From IMG/VR virus record IMGVR_UViG_3300035501_001058: 64,000 nt of DNA; one strand, given 5' to 3'. Positions within the stretch are counted from its first letter, which is position 1, and the number at the start of each line of letters is the position of its first letter. The notes beneath the pieces were generated by a model that was given only the letters and a program-made list of their open reading frames with translations, did no database searches and was not told the origin of the DNA. Shown here piece after piece: positions 1-10,050 of this stretch. This DNA comes from an uncultured virus (IMG/VR IMGVR_UViG_3300035501_001058). Lineage: Duplodnaviria; Heunggongvirae; Uroviricota; Caudoviricetes. The translations under genes and the position numbers were made by a program.

Positions 1-2
1 AT

Positions 3-290
3 GTAATAACTGTTATCTGGATGATTATTTTCTACTTCTGTGTTTACATGACAGTGGTTGTTTGGATAATGTACATTATTCTCGGAAAAGGATACGGTTT
101 AGCTTTCTTCAGAGCAGCAACTATTCCGTCAGGGAAAAATGGATATCTGAAACACGGTTTCGATTTAATAAAAATTTTTACATTTGGTACTTATAATATT
201 GATTCAATGCCAACACTAGCGCGAACTATGATAACAAGTTTTATCACTTTTTTCATTTCATACGCTATTGTATTTTGGCAGCCTTTTTAG
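3..290 (+). CDS. Membrane protein, probably 5'-truncated by the window edge
   Basis: Reading frame is open from base 3 to the ATG at 21; two hydrophobic segments. Confidence 0.6.
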   Translation, partial: VITVIWMIIFYFCVYMTVVVWIMYIILGKGYGLAFFRAATIPSGKNGYLKHGFDLIKIFTFGTYNIDSMPTLARTMITSFITFFISYAIVFWQPF

Positions 291-305
291 AAAGGAGGAT
301 TTTAT

Positions 306-1430
306 ATGCAACATGTTTTTGCAGTTACATCTACTGAATTAACTGATTTGTTTTACACGGAAGCTTTTAGCGGCTCCTGGGCAATTTTTTCGAAGTTTAA
401 TTGGTTAGGTGCTTTAATGCAGTTTATAATTTCTGCATTTTGTTTAATTGGAATTTTTCTTACAATGTATCAATTACTTGTAACTATGCTATACTTAAGT
501 TCGAGAACATTATTTGATAGAATACATGAATTAAAGCAGGCAGGTAAGGGAGGCAAAGCTTTAGGTTTACCTAATTTATTTAAGGATAGCATAGCAACAG
601 CTAATAATGGTACAGGATTGGATGCAATATTATCCTTTCTGTTATCATTACTTCCTGACGTTAAAGCATACTCAGATTATAATGAGGGACAGCGTTCATA
701 CAATTTGCAGGACGATGATACTATTACAACTTACATTTTAAAGAAAGCATTACCTACTATTATGATAGTATTTTTCTTTGCAATGGGATTTAATGGTACA
801 TTGTTCAGGGCATATGGTATGGTAGTAGATGCTATGGCTACAGCTGCAGAAGAGGTCGTTTCAACAGATTTAACTGCTACTGTTAGCAAATGGATGAATT
901 CCGGAAAAGCATACAATTTTGCTTACAGTGCTGATGGCACTAATTATGGTGAGTTAAGGCAGAATATTGCTTCTTCAATGTATAATAAAACATTAGCCAA
1001 GACCGATGATTTATCAACTAATGCAAAATTATACATTGGACAGCAGATAGAATCGTGGATTAATAACAATACAGATATTTCTGAAGGAAGCAATAAAGTT
1101 GGCTCTGCTGAAGTGCCTGGTTTTGCTGGTACTGATGCAGATTGTGCTAATTTGCAAGTTTCTGTTGTTATTAATGGTACACAAAAAATTAATAACACAG
1201 AGAATTCTCAGGAGTTAACTGGTCAAGGTATAGCAATGTCAAACTTTGGTATTACTGGTGATAATGCTAATGATTATTATATGCATGTTTTTATTACAAA
1301 GAAGTCTAGTGCGAATGAGACAAACTACTTTAGTGTTGACGAAGACGATGCTACAAACGCTACTAGTAGTGGTGGTAGCTCAAGTAATAACTCTAATAAG
1401 CCAGCATCACAAATAGAAGTAGATGAGTAA
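306..1430 (+). CDS. Membrane protein of the conjugation block, function unknown
   Basis: AGGAGG RBS; 2-3 hydrophobic helices, then a polar Ser/Asn-rich domain; followed by a terminator. Confidence 0.7.
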   Translation: MQHVFAVTSTELTDLFYTEAFSGSWAIFSKFNWLGALMQFIISAFCLIGIFLTMYQLLVTMLYLSSRTLFDRIHELKQAGKGGKALGLPNLFKDSIATANNGTGLDAILSFLLSLLPDVKAYSDYNEGQRSYNLQDDDTITTYILKKALPTIMIVFFFAMGFNGTLFRAYGMVVDAMATAAEEVVSTDLTATVSKWMNSGKAYNFAYSADGTNYGELRQNIASSMYNKTLAKTDDLSTNAKLYIGQQIESWINNNTDISEGSNKVGSAEVPGFAGTDADCANLQVSVVINGTQKINNTENSQELTGQGIAMSNFGITGDNANDYYMHVFITKKSSANETNYFSVDEDDATNATSSGGSSSNNSNKPASQIEVDE

Positions 1431-1437
1431 TAAACAG

Positions 1438-1472
1438 GAGTACATAGTATAAAAGCTGTGTGCTCTTTTTTT
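1438..1472 (+). terminator. Intrinsic terminator-like hairpin
   Basis: gagtacatag/ctgtgtgctc stem (two G-U pairs) followed by a T7 run. Confidence 0.6.
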
Positions 1473-1503
1473 GTATAGTTCTGCGAATGGAGGTGTAAAA
1501 CAG

Positions 1504-4500
1504 GTGCAGACTAGAAAAATAGTTCTTACTGTCATTTTAATAGTTTGTATGATAATGTCAGATGTAACGCCAAACGTAGTATTAGCTGATGGAAGTTCTA
1601 ATACAGTGGAAACAGATACAGAGATTGCACAATACAAACTTGCTATAACGACAAGAATTTCTGAATTAGAAAGTGGCTTAAATAATGATTTACACAATCA
1701 AGTTGGTTTATTAATGAATTCAAGATATTTAGCTGAATACATGATGTATTATTTACATATATATCGAAATAAAGATGAATTGGGGTTTTCCTCTGCGGAA
1801 ATTTTATATTATGCAAAAAGGTTAAATCAATACATGGGTATTTTTAATGATTCATTTGGTGGTGATAATACTGAATTTGAGTGCTTAAACCTTGATTGTT
1901 TTGATAGTGATGATAATGTTAAATCTTCAAAGATAAAGGATAAATGTGTAAGTAATCTACAAAGTAAGTTACTAAATTATTATCAAAAAATCTTAAGTGA
2001 ATATAAATCTAAAATGCCTACTAGTGATCAAGAGAAGGAGCTTTATTTAAAAAGTAATTCTCAAATTTTAGAAGAACTATACAAATGTATTTTAATTTAT
2101 CAAAATGTACCAAATACTATTAGTAATTTAACACCAATGCTCAAAGATGCAACTTCAAGGAAGAGATTTTCTATTGATGGTACAGGAGATGCAAGTAGTG
2201 AGAATAATTATGTTAAACAGATAGTAAAGGACAACGAAGAGTTATTACAATATGGTAAAACGGTTTCACAGAAAAATGATAACGATACACTTGATGTTGA
2301 CTTAAGTAAGGACCCAATTGAAAATTTTACAAATATTGAAGTAGATACTAATGGAGAGTATTTATTTCCTGAGGAAGTAACTTTAAATCAGTCTTATCTT
2401 GCTATGCTGGCTTGTAGTAGTATATACACGCCATTTGTTAGTTATGCCGGGTGCTCAGAATTTACAAATAGTTTATATGCTTTAGCTGATACAGATGAGC
2501 AAGCAACAAATTTAGTGCAGTTATACAATAGCGTGAAGGATTACAGAAAACCTCTATACAAGAGAACTGTAAGTAGTGATGGTTCTGTGACTGGGCCTGC
2601 TACATTGATAACTATAGAAGATTTCATTAATGATATTCAAAATGGCACTGCAGGTGCATTAGTTACTGTACAAGGTGATTTTCATTATAATAGTGAGGCG
2701 CAATCCTGGATTTATAGTCAGAATGAATTAACATATGATTATTCATTAGGTACAACCGTAATCGATAGTAACAGTAGCTCTAGTGACAGTACTAATACAG
2801 AGGCAACTACTGAAAGTACAACAGAGAATAACTCAACCAGTAGTATATCTGAGAATAACTTAAATGTTTTTACTGCCACTACTGTAAGTGCTACGAATAC
2901 TACTACAGAAGCAACAACAGAGGCTAGTAGTGCAGTGAGCAGTATAGTAGATATTACATCTACAACAACTATGGCAAAAACTCTGAATAATATTATCTTT
3001 GTTGGAGATTCACGTACAGTACAGTTAAAAGACGCATTAGTATCCACTAGCACTGATGTTACAGCTAAATCATTAGAAAATAATAATGTTTATTTTGTAG
3101 CTGAAGATGGTAAAGGTTACGATTGGTTTAATGATACAGCAAAATCAAAAGTTACTAAAATTTTGAAGAACAATTCTGGAGTTAAATTTACAATTATTAT
3201 AAATCTAGGTGTAAATGATTTAAGTAATGTAAAAAAGTATTATAAGAAATATAATGCTTTAGCAAAGGATGCTTGGAAAAATGCTAATGTTGTTGTAGAG
3301 TCTGTTGGATTAGTAGATGAAACGAAGGAAGCCAGCAATGGTTATAGTGTAAAGAATACTGATATAAATTCTTTTAATGTAGCCATGCAATCAAATCTAG
3401 CACAAAATGTCACTTTTGTTGATGTATCTAGTGCTATGTTAGATTCGACAGGAAATAGTCTGTTATCAGAATATGCCACAACTGATGGAGTTCATTATTC
3501 TAACTCAGTAAGCTTAAAATTGTGCATGAACACTGTTATGGAGTGTGTTGATACTAATAAAAATAATACTACTACTGGTAATAATGGTAGTGAAAATAGT
3601 AGCACAGAAGAGAATACATCGACAGAGTCTGCTACTAATGATACAGAACTAGTCTCAGATGATTTAAGTAATGCAGTATATGCATATGATACTATAACAG
3701 ATGAGACATACTTAACTCAGCCAATAGTTTTTTATGGTACTAAGTATTCACGTGCTATTGATAATACAACAACAGCTATACTTCAAAATGTAATAAATGA
3801 TTCTGCTAGTGTTGACAGTTTAGAGAATAAAGGATCGAGATATTTATATGTCAATATGTTTGGTGATGTGGTTACTGATGATAATTTGGTGATTCTTCCA
3901 GGATATTGTAATCCTTTAATCTATAGTTCAAATATTAGTTATAATCCATACACAGTAACATTTATGAATTATTATCCAGTATTAACTAATAGAGGTTTAT
4001 ATTTTCAGGTTTCAACAAATAAATCAATTGGTAAATATGTTTTAATGTCTAGCAGTTTAAGTGAAGATATAACAAATGCTACATTACGGTGGACTTTGAT
4101 AACTGGTAACAGTACTGTTTCTAGCACTAATTTGAAGCAGAGTGTAAATCTTGAGGATACATTTTACACAAATACTGTAGATGAAAATGTAATAATGTCT
4201 AGTCAGAGATGTGTTTTTGGAAGTGTTGCTAATTGGATTACTTCACCTTTATATGATTATAATGTTGTGATGCAAACATATAAACCAACAATAAATGAAA
4301 GTTTGCTATTCCCTTACAGCAGTGCAGATGATCTAAATTACGAATTAGCAAATGTAATTACAAAAAATGCATATGAGTATATAGCATATAGCAGAACAGA
4401 ATATGCATATAAGAATAATAATTCGTTAAATGATAATTACCTTGCACATAATTTTATAATTAGTGGACGGTTTGGAAATAAGAATCCGAAGGGTTTTGCA

Positions 4501-6468
4501 GAAGATAGATCTTTAGAATACTCAAACTATCTAGAGTCTAAGAAGGATCAGATAGAAGAGCAAGTTGTTAATCTAAGCGAGAAATTAGTAGATAATTTAA
4601 CACAAGTTAATGGCACACTTGGTCTTGAATCAAGCTATAAGAGTACAATACTCGGTAGATTTATACAAATTGGTAGAGAATACTTCTGGGTTATTCTTAT
4701 TTGTTCATTATTAATACTCTTAGTAGCTTTTTTGAAATTTCATAGAGATTTATTTGAAATTGGAGTATTAACAATGGTAGCAGCCCTAATTATAACATTA
4801 GGGGTGTACTATTTACCTATTTATCTTCCTATGGCATATAACTTTATTGTTGATAATACAAGTACTTCTACAGCTTTTAAGGTATTGGGTGTAAATTCAG
4901 ATGAAAATTCTACACTAGATGCATCATTAATTCAATTAGATGAAGATGGTAATTATAAGTACAACACTTCAAGCGTGACTTTATACAAGGTAGACCCGTT
5001 ACATCTAAGTGAGTTTTATGATAATTTAGCTATAGATGCTACAGATGTGATGTATGGCAATACTTCTATTTTAAATCAGGAGGCAGGTGTATACGTTGAG
5101 GGTGATTCCATTAAGGTTAATACAGCTATACTTTTTGATACTTTACCAATAACAGGAAAATATACTACAGTAAGTGGTACATACTGTTGGCAGATAGAAG
5201 CAACAAAGACAGTTAGTAATAACGTAGATTATTATACACCATACTATTACTTTGTAGATGGTTTTATTGAAAAACTTAATCTACTATCTCAGGTATATGA
5301 TTTATCAAGGTGTACTAATGTATACAGTAATGGCTCAATAAAGGATAATTACTTAGTATATTCCTATGTAAATTCAAATGCTTTTTTATCACCAGGAGAT
5401 TATGATATTGTTCTACAGGAAGATGCTGAGGATTATATGAGCGATTATGCTAGTTTTATTTCAGATAGCGTAACATTATCAAATTATATGGAAGCTGCTT
5501 TTGGAACCAATTCTGATTGGTTGGGCGTTGCTAATGTATTTACTGGTCTTACTGAAGATGATAAAGCATCCTTATGGGCACAAACTCTTCAAGAGAATGG
5601 TTATTATGACTCAGATTGGGTACCAAATGAGGAAAAACTAACAAAGCTAATTAATTATATTAATAATCAGACTAGAAATTTTGTTTATGATATGAGCGAT
5701 GAAATTGGTGCAGTATCAGACGAAACTATGATAAAGCTAATAGCTCTAAGAGCAACTATAGCATTTTCAACGGAGGCTAGTCAATTTGGACATTGGATTT
5801 ATCCATCATCTATTGATTATTCTGATTTAACATTAGGTGACGTGTTAGGTGCTACATTTGTAAAAGACTATGAAACCTATGTTATAGCAGATGTGAGTTT
5901 AGCTGAATATATTGATAATGCACATGGTTGGTTTGTACTTATTATATTTGATTTATTGGTAGTTGTAGCTTTTCTTATAACTAACATTGTTAAAGTTATG
6001 ATTCCCGTGCTTTATTTATTGTTGCTTATTGTTTTATTTGCAAGATTCCTACAATTGGGTGATTTAAAAATACCAGTTAGAGGATACTTAAAAACTTCAG
6101 TTTCATTATTTGTTGCTTTTACGTTATTCAATCTTACATTTAACTTAGTAGGCAATTTTAGTGGTAGTACATGGGGTATTTTTCTGTGCTTGTTTATGGA
6201 TATTATTGTTTTATATGTTATCTGTAATACAATCATAGCAGTACTGATGAATGTTATGGATTTTGGTGATAGAGAGTTCTCTGCTAAATTAACAGCAGTC
6301 AGTGATAAGCTTAAACTTGGTGATGTTTTTAATCAAATACGATTTAATGTCAATAAATCAACACATAATGGTAACAATTCATCAAGACTCACTAGAAATA
6401 AAACAAAATCAAAGTACAGCTTTGATTCTTCAGTAGATAGTGTATATAATGATAGGTCATTACATTAA
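1504..6468 (+). CDS. Giant envelope protein: N-terminal signal/TM, SGNH(GDSL)-hydrolase domain, multiple C-terminal TM helices (VirB6-like position)
   Basis: GGAGG RBS before GTG at 1504; motifs FVGDSRT, NLGVNDL and DGVHY; Ser/Thr-rich linkers; hydrophobic clusters near residues ~1070-1130 and ~1490-1600; upstream of the VirB4-like gene. Confidence 0.7.
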   Translation: MQTRKIVLTVILIVCMIMSDVTPNVVLADGSSNTVETDTEIAQYKLAITTRISELESGLNNDLHNQVGLLMNSRYLAEYMMYYLHIYRNKDELGFSSAEILYYAKRLNQYMGIFNDSFGGDNTEFECLNLDCFDSDDNVKSSKIKDKCVSNLQSKLLNYYQKILSEYKSKMPTSDQEKELYLKSNSQILEELYKCILIYQNVPNTISNLTPMLKDATSRKRFSIDGTGDASSENNYVKQIVKDNEELLQYGKTVSQKNDNDTLDVDLSKDPIENFTNIEVDTNGEYLFPEEVTLNQSYLAMLACSSIYTPFVSYAGCSEFTNSLYALADTDEQATNLVQLYNSVKDYRKPLYKRTVSSDGSVTGPATLITIEDFINDIQNGTAGALVTVQGDFHYNSEAQSWIYSQNELTYDYSLGTTVIDSNSSSSDSTNTEATTESTTENNSTSSISENNLNVFTATTVSATNTTTEATTEASSAVSSIVDITSTTTMAKTLNNIIFVGDSRTVQLKDALVSTSTDVTAKSLENNNVYFVAEDGKGYDWFNDTAKSKVTKILKNNSGVKFTIIINLGVNDLSNVKKYYKKYNALAKDAWKNANVVVESVGLVDETKEASNGYSVKNTDINSFNVAMQSNLAQNVTFVDVSSAMLDSTGNSLLSEYATTDGVHYSNSVSLKLCMNTVMECVDTNKNNTTTGNNGSENSSTEENTSTESATNDTELVSDDLSNAVYAYDTITDETYLTQPIVFYGTKYSRAIDNTTTAILQNVINDSASVDSLENKGSRYLYVNMFGDVVTDDNLVILPGYCNPLIYSSNISYNPYTVTFMNYYPVLTNRGLYFQVSTNKSIGKYVLMSSSLSEDITNATLRWTLITGNSTVSSTNLKQSVNLEDTFYTNTVDENVIMSSQRCVFGSVANWITSPLYDYNVVMQTYKPTINESLLFPYSSADDLNYELANVITKNAYEYIAYSRTEYAYKNNNSLNDNYLAHNFIISGRFGNKNPKGFAEDRSLEYSNYLESKKDQIEEQVVNLSEKLVDNLTQVNGTLGLESSYKSTILGRFIQIGREYFWVILICSLLILLVAFLKFHRDLFEIGVLTMVAALIITLGVYYLPIYLPMAYNFIVDNTSTSTAFKVLGVNSDENSTLDASLIQLDEDGNYKYNTSSVTLYKVDPLHLSEFYDNLAIDATDVMYGNTSILNQEAGVYVEGDSIKVNTAILFDTLPITGKYTTVSGTYCWQIEATKTVSNNVDYYTPYYYFVDGFIEKLNLLSQVYDLSRCTNVYSNGSIKDNYLVYSYVNSNAFLSPGDYDIVLQEDAEDYMSDYASFISDSVTLSNYMEAAFGTNSDWLGVANVFTGLTEDDKASLWAQTLQENGYYDSDWVPNEEKLTKLINYINNQTRNFVYDMSDEIGAVSDETMIKLIALRATIAFSTEASQFGHWIYPSSIDYSDLTLGDVLGATFVKDYETYVIADVSLAEYIDNAHGWFVLIIFDLLVVVAFLITNIVKVMIPVLYLLLLIVLFARFLQLGDLKIPVRGYLKTSVSLFVAFTLFNLTFNLVGNFSGSTWGIFLCLFMDIIVLYVICNTIIAVLMNVMDFGDREFSAKLTAVSDKLKLGDVFNQIRFNVNKSTHNGNNSSRLTRNKTKSKYSFDSSVDSVYNDRSLH

Positions 6469-6479
6469 GGAGGGTAATA

Positions 6480-7460
6480 ATGGTATTTCCAACTGACGTA
6501 TACAGGAGAGCTGTAAATTCAAGAAAGTTACTAGCTCAGGATAAAGCTGCTATAATTACGCAACTATTTATAGTTGGTAACATAGGTTGCTTTTTTGTTT
6601 TACGATTCGTTTTTAGGAATATACTAGGCATTGGAACCGGCTGGGCTATAATAGTCCAGCTGATTCTTTTTATTAGCTTAGGTATTTTCCTATTTCGTTT
6701 TTTTATTTTTAAAGAAGATGAAAAATTACAAGAGCAACGTGGTGAAGAAAGTGATTCTTTTGCTCGGTTCCTGTATGTAAAAAAAGATAATAATGAAGAA
6801 AAATACATTAAACAGAAAAGAGTTAGTGTATTTGAGTTTACTAATGGCTGTGTAGCAGCAACCATGATGTTTAAATTTGGAAGTAATACTGACTCTGTAG
6901 CTACAAGTACTAGAGCAGTTTTAGAAGAGATTTATAGTATTATTTGTAGATATAATTTTAAATTCCGTACTATTACAGGACCAGAAATATTTAGTGAATC
7001 CGAAGAGTTTAAAAGACACGTTAAGCAAATAAATTCTATTAAAAATAAGAAACTTTCATTACATTTAAGAACTATTAGTAATGCATCAATTACAATTGCT
7101 AATAATGAAAGTAATTCAGATGCATTTTATCTAGAATTAGAATCTAGAATACCGGGAGATAAAGAGCAGCTAGAACATATTCTTGTGGAAATAATAAAGT
7201 TATTACAGGAGAATATTACATGTTTTAGAAGTTTTGAGTTTTTAGACATTAATGGTTTATTGGAGTTTTATAGATACTTTTATAAAATAGAGGCTATCGA
7301 TTTAGCTATGCTTAAAGCTATCGATTTGAGTACAGCTATAGATAATGATTATTCAAAATTAATTCAGTTATACAGTTTGCAGGCACAAGATGGCAAGTCG
7401 TATCGTACAAATTTTGAATTAAGGAATGAATTTAAAACGAAAGAGAGGGATATTCAATGA
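6480..7460 (+). CDS. Two-TM membrane protein with cytoplasmic domain (possible PrgI/TcpE/VirB3-like T4SS component)
   Basis: Two N-terminal TM helices; operonic with the VirB4-like gene. Family assignment rests on topology and context only. Confidence 0.5.
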   Translation: MVFPTDVYRRAVNSRKLLAQDKAAIITQLFIVGNIGCFFVLRFVFRNILGIGTGWAIIVQLILFISLGIFLFRFFIFKEDEKLQEQRGEESDSFARFLYVKKDNNEEKYIKQKRVSVFEFTNGCVAATMMFKFGSNTDSVATSTRAVLEEIYSIICRYNFKFRTITGPEIFSESEEFKRHVKQINSIKNKKLSLHLRTISNASITIANNESNSDAFYLELESRIPGDKEQLEHILVEIIKLLQENITCFRSFEFLDINGLLEFYRYFYKIEAIDLAMLKAIDLSTAIDNDYSKLIQLYSLQAQDGKSYRTNFELRNEFKTKERDIQ

Positions 7461-8764
7461 TAAATATAATGCTAATTGCTGGAGATAAAACTGATAAGTT
7501 AGCTAAGTTTTTAGAGCAAAAAGGCACTTTTGAATTACCCTATGTTTATAGATCTTTTTCAGAAGAGCTTAGTAAAATAAAGGATAGTATAATAAATGTA
7601 GACAAGCTTGTATATTTGCTTGATGAGACTCATATAAATATAAGAACAGAGATGCAGATACTTGAAGAGCTTTTAGTTGGTGAAGATTTTTTCACAGTTA
7701 GTGAAATAATCTTTCTTGTTACTGATAATGCTGATGTAGATAAGGCAATAATGTATTTTCAAACTGTAATGAATGAATCGCAATTCAGTAATTATGTGAT
7801 ACACAATACGAAAGCTAAAGTTTCTTTTGCTGAAGTATTTGAGTACATTATTGGTATATCGGGTAATTCATCATTTAAGAATTCTTATAATAATGTATAC
7901 AGAGTTGAGCGTAATAGTGAATCTAATGTTGCTTACGTAGGTACAGATAATTTTGATTTAAGTATTGAACCTTTTTCATATAGTAAAGTTAATAAATATG
8001 AAGAAAATAAAGAATTAAGTAAAAGAACAGAATCCGGTGTGTATCACCATGATAATAACAGTGGAGTCAATGTTGAGACTTTTGATAATGTAAAACTAGG
8101 CGATTTAGATTTTACTAATAAAATAGCAGAGACTAGGGTAATTGTTGTGACAGGGGCGCAGAAGACGGGTGTATCTATTTGGTCAGCTGCATTAGCAATA
8201 TCTGCATTGGCATTCGGTAATTCTGTTATGCTTGTTGATTATACTGAAAATAGAGATATTGCTAATTTGTTTACGTTAACAGATGTAAGTTTAAAGCAAG
8301 TATCAATGTATGATTTACTGCATAATTATAAAGCTTCTTCAACAGATATAAACTATGTTTGTTCAGCAAATCAGCAAGAAAAAGCAGTTCAGTGTGAATT
8401 TATACAGCATCTCTTTAATAGCAAAACATCTTTAACAAATTTATGTGTTATTGCTATTCATGATGAAGAATTACAGGGTGTACTAGATGTTTTACATAAT
8501 GATATATCCGATATAGTCTACTGCATACATACAATTAAATCTGATGTAGAAAGTAAACAGAGAATAATAAGTGAATTATCTGAACAATACAGGACTTCAG
8601 TGATACTAAATGATAGATTAAATTTGATTGATAATAGCCAGGAGATGCCCTTCATCACAATAAAAGATGCATTACCTGATAATACACGTGTTGCACAACC
8701 AATTAATTTTGATAATTTAAATCTCGATGGAAGTCTGTTTAGTAGTTTACTAATGGAGGTGTGA
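7457..8764 (+). CDS. Protein with degenerate MinD/ParA(CpaE/TadZ)-like P-loop domain
   Basis: VIVVTGAQKTGVSIWSAALAI...VMLVDY resembles the SIMIBI Walker A helix and DxD strand but lacks the catalytic Lys. Confidence 0.5.
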   Translation: MINIMLIAGDKTDKLAKFLEQKGTFELPYVYRSFSEELSKIKDSIINVDKLVYLLDETHINIRTEMQILEELLVGEDFFTVSEIIFLVTDNADVDKAIMYFQTVMNESQFSNYVIHNTKAKVSFAEVFEYIIGISGNSSFKNSYNNVYRVERNSESNVAYVGTDNFDLSIEPFSYSKVNKYEENKELSKRTESGVYHHDNNSGVNVETFDNVKLGDLDFTNKIAETRVIVVTGAQKTGVSIWSAALAISALAFGNSVMLVDYTENRDIANLFTLTDVSLKQVSMYDLLHNYKASSTDINYVCSANQQEKAVQCEFIQHLFNSKTSLTNLCVIAIHDEELQGVLDVLHNDISDIVYCIHTIKSDVESKQRIISELSEQYRTSVILNDRLNLIDNSQEMPFITIKDALPDNTRVAQPINFDNLNLDGSLFSSLLMEV

Positions 8765-8767
8765 TAG

Positions 8768-10039
8768 ATGACAGAGAAAATAGCTATCATTCTGCTAGAC
8801 CCTATTAGTAGAAAATTTGTAAATAGTAATATCATGGATACTGTAGTTCGCGGTGTTGAGATTATAAATAATTTAAATGAGATTACTAAAGAAATGGTAC
8901 AAGAATGTCCTAATGTTATTGTATTTGAAAGCTTCATTCAAAATTCTTATGGCTATGCTGACTTAAAACTATTTAAAGCTATACTTAATATAAAATATAC
9001 TTTTATAGGAGTAAATGATGATACATTAGACACATTAAAGGAGTATGGAAATACATTTAGATGCTCATTAGATGAAGTTGATTTTGATATTATACAGTCA
9101 GCTATTTTTCAAGATTTTGCAGCAGAGGATAATTCTGCAAGTGTGAATGGATATAATGGAAATTTACGATTTGCAGAAAATATATTAAGTAATGAACATA
9201 ATTTTGATGAAAATATAGTGAATTTAGCAAGGGAGTACACAAGTAATCTTTTTGAGTGGATGAAAGATAGAGATAGCTTAAAATTATTGAAGAATAAATT
9301 TCAGCATTTAAACACGGTCAATGATAAGCTTCAGACTGAGAATAGCATTTTGGTAGAGGGCTTTCAGGGATTAATTCAAGACGCTGCTAAACTAAATGGT
9401 AATATAAAAGAATATGAAAAGATAATGTCTAGGGACATTTATGAAAAGATTGATGCTACAAAATACCCCAATAGACCATTGATTATTTATTTGAAGGAGT
9501 TTGAGGAGCTTATTCATGAGAATTCTTTTATAGAAACATTATATGAGATGTTACGTTTTCAAGGTCGTAACTCTGTAAAGGTTCTCAGATTATATGATGG
9601 TTCTAATTGTAGAAAGGTAAAAGTTCTTCCAGATTATTATTACAGAATGCGTAATCAATTCCTTGTATCTGATGTAATTGCTAATGATTTTTTGGTTAAA
9701 GTGGGAGCATACAATGATGTTTTAGACATTATACTAAACAATAAAACGGGTTTGGATGTTTTGGTTATAATTGACTGTAAATCTATGGACGATGTTATTA
9801 TGAGTAATGCTTCTTTATACTTAAATCTTTGTAGAAGTAGCAATAATGTAGTAGCGTACGGGTTGGATTATGCTAATACTGTTATAAATGGTGTAGAGCA
9901 GGAAGATTATCTTGTATGGTCGCATTATACAGAATTAAGTCAAATAGACTCAAAAGAAACAAAATTTCTATTTTTAGCATCTCGACCAGTAATGCGAACT
10001 ATATATGATTCTTTCCGATTAGTGTCTACTAGTATCTAG
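8768..10039 (+). CDS. Hypothetical protein with central coiled coil
   Basis: Long ORF, GGAGG RBS, heptad-like segment (LKNKFQHLNTVNDKLQTENSILVE). Confidence 0.7.
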   Translation: MTEKIAIILLDPISRKFVNSNIMDTVVRGVEIINNLNEITKEMVQECPNVIVFESFIQNSYGYADLKLFKAILNIKYTFIGVNDDTLDTLKEYGNTFRCSLDEVDFDIIQSAIFQDFAAEDNSASVNGYNGNLRFAENILSNEHNFDENIVNLAREYTSNLFEWMKDRDSLKLLKNKFQHLNTVNDKLQTENSILVEGFQGLIQDAAKLNGNIKEYEKIMSRDIYEKIDATKYPNRPLIIYLKEFEELIHENSFIETLYEMLRFQGRNSVKVLRLYDGSNCRKVKVLPDYYYRMRNQFLVSDVIANDFLVKVGAYNDVLDIILNNKTGLDVLVIIDCKSMDDVIMSNASLYLNLCRSSNNVVAYGLDYANTVINGVEQEDYLVWSHYTELSQIDSKETKFLFLASRPVMRTIYDSFRLVSTSI

Positions 10040-10050
10040 GAGGTGATACA

